Assembly (NCBI GenBank): GCA_030149205.1
Contig: JASBSB010000003.1
Coordinates: forward strand, 150,001-182,000
Direction: 5' to 3'
Origin: Candidatus Heimdallarchaeota archaeon
Lineage (GTDB): Archaea; Asgardarchaeota; Heimdallarchaeia; Heimdallarchaeales; Kariarchaeaceae
DNA: 32,000 nucleotides
The translations under genes were made by a program, and so were the position numbers. Below the pieces are notes generated by a model that did not search any database, was not told the DNA's origin, and worked only from the letters and a program-made list of their open reading frames with translations. Numbering within the stretch: position 1 is the first letter of the stretch; every line of letters begins with the position of its first letter. This document shows positions 24,716 through 32,000 of this stretch, piece after piece.

Positions 24716-27700
24716 TTTTTGTTTCCTCCATAATTGCCAATGACATGGCCCATTTATCATTTACTGAAGATTTCACAAGTATTTTGCTATCTCCAATTAA
24801 AACACTATATTTATGTGTTGAATGTCCATTTTGGACTTTGGTACTTTTTAATTTAGCTTTTAATCCTGTACCTTTAGCCTTCATTGCACTTTCCTTTATA
24901 CTCCAAAGCTGAGTTATAATTTGAATTTTTTCAGGTTCGATAGAAAATTCCTCAATTTCATTTTTTGTAAATGCTGTTTTAATGAAACTTTTATCCCTCT
25001 CTTCTACTTTCTCAAGGTCGAATCCTAAGTTAAGATACTCATCAGAAACAGCAATTGCATATCCATTAGAATGAGAGATTGTCACAGGAAAATCAACACC
25101 TTGATAAACCCCCTTAGGTTTACCCATCTCATCCTTGACTATTTCTATTTCATCCTCTGGAAGGTTAAATTTGATAGATATTGCTCTCTTAGCTGCAATC
25201 TGACCTGCGCTCCATTCCATTCTTCTTTTTTTGACTTTTAACCTGCTGTATAGAACTTTCCCAGCCTTCGTAAAATAGCTATCAAGAACATCTTCATTGA
25301 TATCCTCAAGAACCTTTGTTGAGAGCACCACACCATTTTCACTTAGTTTGTATAACTGATGTTCTAACAGAGCCACCTCAATTTCATCTTCTGATATTTT
25401 AAGTGAATGAGTAACTGGACTTTTCCCAGTGTGAATCATTTCAAATTCTCTTAATTCACAAACGAGTTCTAACTTTTCATTAAAGGCATAAACATTATAT
25501 AAACTAGTCATTGAGTTTTCTGCTAAAAATATTGCAAACACATAGGTCGCAGGAAGATCTGAAGTGTAATGTTGAACTTTTCGGACTTTGGAAGGAAGTG
25601 ACATTACCCCCTTTTGCAATAACCCATAAAGACCAGCTGTCTGAAAGCAGGCTTCAATAAGCAGAGGTTGAAACGAAACCTTTGCATCTTGATTATTAAA
25701 GAGGGTTCCTGTATCAGTGTCAATTTTGGTAAGAATTGAATTCTCAGAGAGAGATGCAACAAAATCAATCACTTGATATTTTGGTCCATGAAAAAATAGA
25801 TCATAGATTTGGGCTTTCTGCATCAGAATACCCTCTTGTGAGATCAGGGAGTTCATTTCTTCGGGAAAATACCTCATTGCAGGTAGACTTTTCCCCTCAA
25901 TTACACCTACACGAAAATGATCTCTAAGATCTCCAAGCTGTTTTCCATCTGGGCCAATGAATTTTGACTTAAGGTGGAGATGAGTCACTCCCATCAATTC
26001 ATTGCTTTCTTCTGGTATCACAAATACCTCAAGTGGTTGATCCCTAGGTAGTTTAATTGGGGACTCAAATGAAACATCAACTAATGATCGGGGTATCCCA
26101 TCAAACCTTTGAACAAATTCAATTATGGTTTCTAAACCCATCACACCAGGGAGAACCGCTTTATCATCAATACGATGATGATCCAAATACAAATCTCGGC
26201 TGAGGGAAAGGAGTCGACCCGCATATGGAATTCCACCTTCAATTGAATAGAAATCTATCATTGGATATTCTGAGTCAACCTCAGATTTTGAGGAGATAGT
26301 TGACGGAATTTCAAACTTTGCTGATTGTTCATTTTTGTTATTGCCTACTGAACCTCTTTTACTGGAAATTTCCTCGTTTACTTCAACTCCTTCTATTGAA
26401 TCCTGTCTATCATGTTTGGCCAAATGACCTTTCTTAATTGGAGTGTTTTCTAGTAATTTTCCTAATTCACCACTTATAACCACCTCAGTCTCATTTCCAT
26501 AAAAAAATTCATCAAGAAATCTCTTGACACCTTCTTGTGGAGAGATTGGAGTTACACCAGCCATCGAAAGTACTGTCATGGTTGAACCTCTAGTAGCCAT
26601 TCCAACCTCGCTCCACGCTGACCAATCGATGGCGGTGGATTCAATACCTCTTGACCTTAGTTTATCACTGGTTTTTGTTAGATACTCGTTTGCGGCAGAG
26701 TAATCAACCTGTGTGGCATTTCCAAACCGTCCAGCAACTGAGGTAAACAGAATAACTCTATCGGTATCTTCTGTGATAAAAGGTTCTATTGATTGATACC
26801 CTAAAACCTTGGTGTTGTAGACTAAGGAGAACTCATCCTTTGATTTTTGTTTGGTGGGACGAGAGATTTCAATTCCTGCACCATGGATCACGATGTTAAA
26901 ATGATCTATATCAAGTTCATTCATATTTACCTTAATTGCTTCTCTGACTTCGTCTTGATTTGTAATGTCACAAGAGATGTACAATACACTTGCTCCGCTC
27001 TCTTGGTATTTTTTCATTGATTTATACACATTTGCTGATTTTATGAATTTTGAATATTCGTTTTCAAGTAATACAGGCGTAACTTTATCATTTTTAGATT
27101 TAAGTTTTTGAAGAAGATCAGATTTAAATTTTTTAAGCTGTTCTGAATCATAGGTTGAAAGGTCTTCTGCGTTTGAGAGGACTTTAGTTCTTCCAATAAC
27201 AATGATCTTTGGATTTTTGAAGCGTTTAATTAGGTTAGAGGTTGTTTCAAACGTGATCCCTTGGGCACCACCAGTCACTAAGAGTGTTGGAGATTCAGGT
27301 AGTTTTATACTCTCTGGAGAGAGATCCCCATTTTCTAACAGTGCGGTTGCTTTAGCAGATTGTGTTGAGACAAGTATCTCTGTTAAATCATGGTTAAGGT
27401 ACTGTAAAGCCGTCTTTATATCATCTGAGACAATTATGCTTCCCTTAAGTTTTGAAAATTCAGCCTTTAATGCTTTAAGCATTCCACCAATTGCCCCTTC
27501 TAAGGGAGAGATTTTATTTATAGAATCTGTCTCTGAATTTATTGAAATAAGATTAAGAGACAAAATATCATCTATATCATTCTTAATTCTATCAAAAAAT
27601 GAGGGGATATCTGTTATGAGATTTTCATCAATATTTAACAAAACCAGATTTTTTGGAAGTGAATTTGGAATACTGTTGATCAAATTTAATTCTGATATTC

Positions 27701-30700
27701 CTTCTCCGTTATGTGCTAAAAACGTGAATACTGAAAGATCCAGATTTGTGGGGGTAATATCAACAGTGTCTAGAGTAAATCTCTTACTCTTAGGAATACT
27801 TTCAGACTTTGAACTGTAAGCATCTCTAATATTATCTAACAGGTTGCCTACAGTTAAGCCAGTTTCTATTTTGGTTAACTTTAAGTCAAATAAGGTTGAT
27901 AGACGATTGAACAGAGTTTCAATATCTGGCTCTGTCAGTCCTAAATCAGTTCTTAGGTTAAGCTTTAAATCAAGAAGTTCAGGTGGGTAACCAGTTATCT
28001 CTATAATTAACCCTAAGGTTTTGGATTTAATTTCCTCTGCGAAATCTAAGCTAGTGTCCTTTTTGGTATTTTGAGAATGTACAATGGTTTGATTTTGTTT
28101 TTCAATAACTTTCGAACCCTGTAAATTGTCCTTAACAAATTGAGTTACCTTTCTAATTGTACTGTATTGACTTATATCTAAGTCCTCAATCAACGGAATT
28201 CCAAATTTTTCTCGGATTACACCAATTAATTCTGCTTGTTTGACTGTATCTATTCCAAGGTCTGCCTCCATATCTAAATCTGGCTCTAACATGGTTTCAG
28301 GATACCCTGTTTTCTCAGACACTATATTGGTCACGGTGCTTAGCACTTCATCTGCTGAGATAGGTGTACTTATATCACTCTTCACCTCAGGGCTTTTACT
28401 CATATTTTTATCTTGTTCAATTTGATTGTGTTCAGTAATTTTTGAGGCTTCTGTGGTGTTTTCGATAACAAATTCAGCGACCCTGTTAATAGTATTATAT
28501 TGACTTATATCAAGGTCTTCGATCAATGGTATCCCAAAATTGTCTCGGATTACTCCAATAAGTTCAGCTTGTTTCACTGTATCTATGCCTAGGTCAGCTT
28601 CCATATCCAGGTCTGGTTCAAGCATTTCAACTGGATAACCAGTTTTCTCAGCAACAATCTGAATAACTTGACTCAATATGTCTTCATTTACAGAACTTCT
28701 GAGATTCTTTTTCTTGGTTTTAGCACCTGGCCCTTCTACAATGACATTTACGGTCTCCTCAGTAGGACGTTCTGTGTTTGATTTTACAAACTCAGATATT
28801 TTTTGTATCGTGTTGTATTGTGAGATATCAAGGTCATCAATTAAGGGAATTCCGAACTCCTCTCTAATTATGCCAATGAGTTCAGCTTGTTTCACTGTAT
28901 CTATACCAAGATCAGCTTCCATATCAAGATCTGGCTCTAGCATCTCGACTGGATAACCAGTTTGTTCTGAAACCCTTTCTATTATTCGATTAAGTATTTT
29001 TGAATCTGTTAAACTTGCTTGGTGTTGATCAATTGGTTTAGAACTTGAGGCAGTGGGATTTATCATTGATTGATCTTTACTTATTTGTTCAATCACAAAT
29101 TCTGAAATTTTTTTAATTGTATTATATTCAGAAAGGTCGAGGTCTTCTAATAGGGGAATTTCAAAACTCTCTCTGATTATTCCAAATAATTCAGCCTGTT
29201 TAACTGTATCAATGCCTAAGTCTGCCTCCATATCAAGTTCGGGATCTAACATTTCTTTAGGATAGCCTGTTTTCTCAGCAACAATTTCTAAAACTCTCAT
29301 TAACACTTCAGGAGATGAAGAATTTTGTTTATTTGCTTGACCTTGAGTTTTAATAGAAGTAGTCTTAGTGGAAGATGAGTTCTTAGAAAGATCCATTTTG
29401 CTTAATTGTCGATTAGGAGAGGTGGATAGAGGCTTTAACAATTCGAGGATTTTTTGAACCGTGAATTCTTCATCAGATAAATTTTTTAATGTACTTTCAT
29501 CAATGTACGCAATAAAGTCTTCTTTTCTCATTCCAATTTCAGTTATTAAATTTAGTGAGTTGGTTAACAATTCCGGAGGATATCCAGTGACCATTGAAAG
29601 AATACCTAGTGGAGTTTTTGGCTCATTTACTTCATGTTTGATTGTATTTGAAACTGTCAAACTTTTCGGAAGTTTGGATACTTTAGGATCAACTGGAGTT
29701 TCCCTTGTGCTTATGACTGTTTCTTGAAAAGAGCCAATTGATGGGTTTTCTTTTACTCTGAGTGTCTTTCCAACCTCAATGAGGTCTTCTTCGGATGACC
29801 CTATGGATTTAAGCCATTTTCCATATAGCATTGTCTTTCGAGATCCATAGCTTGCTTTTTTGTATAAGACAAATGCCAGTTGTGAACCGAAACCAGCGGC
29901 TAACCGAATCGCATAAGTTATATCATGCTTTTGTCCATCACCAAACTTTAAATTTCCAAGAGCTGGATCAGGTTGTTTTAGATTTGCAATTGGTGGGACA
30001 ACTCCAAATTCTAAAGTTTTTAATGCAATTGCATCTTCAATCCCAGCACCCATAGGATGTCCGGTAAATCCTTTTGTGTTAGTTATAAAAATATTTTGAG
30101 CATGATCCCCAAAAACGTGTCTTAAGGATTCGATCTCTGCAGCTGCACTACCACCTCTTGCGGGGGTGTAGGTCTCATGACTCATAAAAATACAAGACTC
30201 AGAAATCTCTTCAGGAGTTAATGCGTGTTCTGCTGTTACTTTCTTAAAAAAGTACTCAAATTCAGAAGAGATATGAGTCACATCAAGCCTAGTTCCATGA
30301 AATGCTGAGTTTGCATAGTGAGAGCTTAGGATTTGAGCTATAGGGGCAATGCCTCTTCTTTTAGCTTCTTCCTCGGTTTCAATTACCAAACCAACAGCAC
30401 CCATTCCCACGATCATGCCATGCCTTCTCTCATCAAAAGGCAGTGCTGCTTTTGTAACGTCTCCCTCGGTTGTAGCTGCTCCAGAGGATAAAAATCCTGA
30501 ACCTATCCAGGGGAACAGATGATCACTCGTGACATTGTCAGAACCAATAATTATTACTCGTTTACATCTCCCGTTTCGTATCCAGTCTTGAGCGATTCCA
30601 ACAGCCTGAGTTGTGGATGCACACGCAGCATTCACCTGAGTGTTTGGACCTCTGGCTTTGATGAGTTGTGCAAATTGAGAATGACCCATTGATAAAATTC

Positions 30701-32000
30701 TGAAGAGAAACTTTCGATTGAATATATACTCAGGTGTATTAGATTCAAGCTCTTCTAATATATTTTCAATGAATTCTATTATTCTCTCCTTGTCCTCAGA
30801 ATCTTTTAGTTTTCGATGAATTTCAGAGTATATTATACGTGTTAATGTTTTTTCATCATCAGATTTTTTCCACTTGTAATACCGTGTGAGTTCATCTACC
30901 AGACTATCAAACCCAGGAAATGCCGAAGCAAAAATTACGCCTGTATCATCTTGTAACTCTTTGGGTAATACCCAATCACCTGGGAGGTAACTTCCAGTTG
31001 TAGTTTTGACGTATTCTCTCTGAAGTGGGATGTAAGCATCCTTAAGGGCTTCAAGGCCTGCTGCAATCGCAAGTTTTGTTGATGAATCATAGGTTTCAAT
31101 TAATTTTTCTGCTAACTGAAATTCTGCCACTAAATCAAATTTTCCGGGTTGTGCAGCTAATTTAATGACATCAGACCGCTTGTTGATTTTGTCTAGGGTT
31201 GGGCTCCCCTTGTCTCTTTTTACTAATTTGACTATGTTTTTGTCAGTTTGTTCATCTAAAGCGACCTCTGATAATTGATCAATGAGGTTTTCTCCCCTAA
31301 ATATTCTTTGGATATTTTTTGAATCAAAGATTTCTTTGTATTTACCCGGAAGACCTACCCCTGTACCTGTAACTACAATATTATCAAGGTTTATACCCAT
31401 TCGACTAATTTTATCTGAAAGCTTAAGGGAGGATTCTTGCTTAAACCTGTTAAAACTCTCTTCTACAAACTTGTTAAGTAAGTCACCTTGGAACTGCAAG
31501 TAAGACTTAAACATAGGGTCATATTTTGCATCTGCTGTGATATAATTATCTGAATTAAAACTGTGTTGAATTTCACCTTGAAACTCATCTTTGGTTAAGG
31601 CAGTACGAATTTGAGGTGAAATCTCCTTTACTTGAGGAGTTTTTGTAAATTTGTTGGAGTATGAAAAGTGGGATAATGTTGGTGTGGCTACCTTAACATC
31701 ATAAATACTCTTGTCAATCAAATTTCCTTCAATGGATGGCTTGATCACCATTTTCCCAGCAGCAAACAATCCGGCTAATGCCTCATTGAGTTGCTTGGTT
31801 TCTCCCTTCTTGGGATGAACTGTTATTAAAGTTAGTGAGTTCTCATCTGAAAGTATTGTTTCCACAAAGCTAGATAAAGCTCTTTTTGGTCCGACTTCAA
31901 CAAAGATTCTCCCACCATTTTTATATAAATTATTAATTTGTTGAACCCATTCTACCGCAGATTCAACTTGTTTCTCCAGTAGAGATCTTATCTTCTCAGG
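24708..32000 (-). CDS. Type I PKS/FAS megasynthase, 5'-truncated: AT(end)-KS-ACP repeats-KR-DH-PPTase
   Basis: The frame is open from base 32000 (PEKIRSLLEKQVESAVEWVQQINNLYKNGGRIFVEVGPKRAL, the end of an AT domain), so the GTG at 31865 is not the start. KS triad NAACAS / SHETYT / GHPMG. Four LGIDTVKQAE repeats. KR motifs VTGGAQGI and YSAAN. DH motif LDHHRIDDKAVLPG. PPTase motifs SHS, GFDLE and WSIKESAMKAKGTGL. Confidence 0.95.
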   Translation of the reverse strand, partial: PEKIRSLLEKQVESAVEWVQQINNLYKNGGRIFVEVGPKRALSSFVETILSDENSLTLITVHPKKGETKQLNEALAGLFAAGKMVIKPSIEGNLIDKSIYDVKVATPTLSHFSYSNKFTKTPQVKEISPQIRTALTKDEFQGEIQHSFNSDNYITADAKYDPMFKSYLQFQGDLLNKFVEESFNRFKQESSLKLSDKISRMGINLDNIVVTGTGVGLPGKYKEIFDSKNIQRIFRGENLIDQLSEVALDEQTDKNIVKLVKRDKGSPTLDKINKRSDVIKLAAQPGKFDLVAEFQLAEKLIETYDSSTKLAIAAGLEALKDAYIPLQREYVKTTTGSYLPGDWVLPKELQDDTGVIFASAFPGFDSLVDELTRYYKWKKSDDEKTLTRIIYSEIHRKLKDSEDKERIIEFIENILEELESNTPEYIFNRKFLFRILSMGHSQFAQLIKARGPNTQVNAACASTTQAVGIAQDWIRNGRCKRVIIIGSDNVTSDHLFPWIGSGFLSSGAATTEGDVTKAALPFDERRHGMIVGMGAVGLVIETEEEAKRRGIAPIAQILSSHYANSAFHGTRLDVTHISSEFEYFFKKVTAEHALTPEEISESCIFMSHETYTPARGGSAAAEIESLRHVFGDHAQNIFITNTKGFTGHPMGAGIEDAIALKTLEFGVVPPIANLKQPDPALGNLKFGDGQKHDITYAIRLAAGFGSQLAFVLYKKASYGSRKTMLYGKWLKSIGSSEEDLIEVGKTLRVKENPSIGSFQETVISTRETPVDPKVSKLPKSLTVSNTIKHEVNEPKTPLGILSMVTGYPPELLTNSLNLITEIGMRKEDFIAYIDESTLKNLSDEEFTVQKILELLKPLSTSPNRQLSKMDLSKNSSSTKTTSIKTQGQANKQNSSSPEVLMRVLEIVAEKTGYPKEMLDPELDMEADLGIDTVKQAELFGIIRESFEIPLLEDLDLSEYNTIKKISEFVIEQISKDQSMINPTASSSKPIDQHQASLTDSKILNRIIERVSEQTGYPVEMLEPDLDMEADLGIDTVKQAELIGIIREEFGIPLIDDLDISQYNTIQKISEFVKSNTERPTEETVNVIVEGPGAKTKKKNLRSSVNEDILSQVIQIVAEKTGYPVEMLEPDLDMEADLGIDTVKQAELIGVIRDNFGIPLIEDLDISQYNTINRVAEFVIENTTEASKITEHNQIEQDKNMSKSPEVKSDISTPISADEVLSTVTNIVSEKTGYPETMLEPDLDMEADLGIDTVKQAELIGVIREKFGIPLIEDLDISQYSTIRKVTQFVKDNLQGSKVIEKQNQTIVHSQNTKKDTSLDFAEEIKSKTLGLIIEITGYPPELLDLKLNLRTDLGLTEPDIETLFNRLSTLFDLKLTKIETGLTVGNLLDNIRDAYSSKSESIPKSKRFTLDTVDITPTNLDLSVFTFLAHNGEGISELNLINSIPNSLPKNLVLLNIDENLITDIPSFFDRIKNDIDDILSLNLISINSETDSINKISPLEGAIGGMLKALKAEFSKLKGSIIVSDDIKTALQYLNHDLTEILVSTQSAKATALLENGDLSPESIKLPESPTLLVTGGAQGITFETTSNLIKRFKNPKIIVIGRTKVLSNAEDLSTYDSEQLKKFKSDLLQKLKSKNDKVTPVLLENEYSKFIKSANVYKSMKKYQESGASVLYISCDITNQDEVREAIKVNMNELDIDHFNIVIHGAGIEISRPTKQKSKDEFSLVYNTKVLGYQSIEPFITEDTDRVILFTSVAGRFGNATQVDYSAANEYLTKTSDKLRSRGIESTAIDWSAWSEVGMATRGSTMTVLSMAGVTPISPQEGVKRFLDEFFYGNETEVVISGELGKLLENTPIKKGHLAKHDRQDSIEGVEVNEEISSKRGSVGNNKNEQSAKFEIPSTISSKSEVDSEYPMIDFYSIEGGIPYAGRLLSLSRDLYLDHHRIDDKAVLPGVMGLETIIEFVQRFDGIPRSLVDVSFESPIKLPRDQPLEVFVIPEESNELMGVTHLHLKSKFIGPDGKQLGDLRDHFRVGVIEGKSLPAMRYFPEEMNSLISQEGILMQKAQIYDLFFHGPKYQVIDFVASLSENSILTKIDTDTGTLFNNQDAKVSFQPLLIEACFQTAGLYGLLQKGVMSLPSKVRKVQHYTSDLPATYVFAIFLAENSMTSLYNVYAFNEKLELVCELREFEMIHTGKSPVTHSLKISEDEIEVALLEHQLYKLSENGVVLSTKVLEDINEDVLDSYFTKAGKVLYSRLKVKKRRMEWSAGQIAAKRAISIKFNLPEDEIEIVKDEMGKPKGVYQGVDFPVTISHSNGYAIAVSDEYLNLGFDLEKVEERDKSFIKTAFTKNEIEEFSIEPEKIQIITQLWSIKESAMKAKGTGLKAKLKSTKVQNGHSTHKYSVLIGDSKILVKSSVNDKWAMSLAIMEETKND
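28130..29307 (-). repeat. Four tandem ACP-coding repeats
   Basis: The core TGYP..ML.P.LDMEADLGIDTVKQAEL.G.IR..F.IPL..DLD.S.Y.TI repeats four times. Thr codons at 29207, 28898, 28580 and 28247 give spacings of 103, 106 and 111 aa. Confidence 0.95.

Noticed and set aside
24716-24760. Longer fabI start (MINGPCHWQLWRKQK...) from the ORF track
   Set aside because: It overlaps the PKS C-terminus. The ATG at 24715 has a GGAGG site and matches the family N-terminus (MIDLTGKRAIV).
863-31503. Numerous 60-205 aa ORFs antisense or out of frame within long genes (e.g. 1114-1539, 4382-4741, 27202-27819)
   Set aside because: They are shadow ORFs fully overlapping well-supported genes, with S/I/F-biased composition and no motifs.
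31863-31865. GTG at 31865 as the start of the megasynthase
   Set aside because: The frame stays open to base 32000 and encodes conserved AT motifs, so the gene begins outside the window.
1-32000. Transposases, integrases, rRNA or tRNA genes
   Set aside because: No DDE or tyrosine-recombinase motifs, terminal inverted repeats or GC-rich stable RNA segments were recognised.

Overview
AT-rich archaeal chromosomal window, most likely from an Asgard archaeon. The basis is a single-domain gelsolin-family protein, two Roadblock/LC7 proteins, Cgi121, archease and TATA-like promoters; the class cannot be resolved from sequence alone. From left to right it carries: a gelsolin-domain gene and a roadblock gene; gyrB-gyrA with a remodelled quinolone pocket and long acidic tails; an amidohydrolase; L-lysine 6-aminotransferase; an acyl-CoA dehydrogenase; a PD-(D/E)XK-like protein; a small Cys-rich ORF; a coiled-coil protein; Cgi121; a large M48 protease; a GcvH-like protein lacking the lipoyl-lysine; purB with a hairpin-rich upstream region; a Zn-ribbon membrane protein with three LPx(L/I)PxF motifs; a second roadblock; several hypothetical genes; a phased ATACAC repeat array in front of an RHH+wHTH regulator; and archease. 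The main result is at the right end. A 5'-truncated type I PKS/FAS megasynthase of more than 2430 aa has the order AT(end)-KS-degenerate ACP-4xACP-degenerate ACP-KR-DH-PPTase and overlaps a FabI enoyl reductase gene by 8 nt. All four intact-looking ACPs read LGID-T-VKQAE, with Thr (codon ACA) where the phosphopantetheine-accepting Ser is expected. This points to an ACP-type fatty-acid/polyketide system in an archaeon, possibly with non-canonical carrier chemistry. All calls come from motif recognition by eye; no database search was run.
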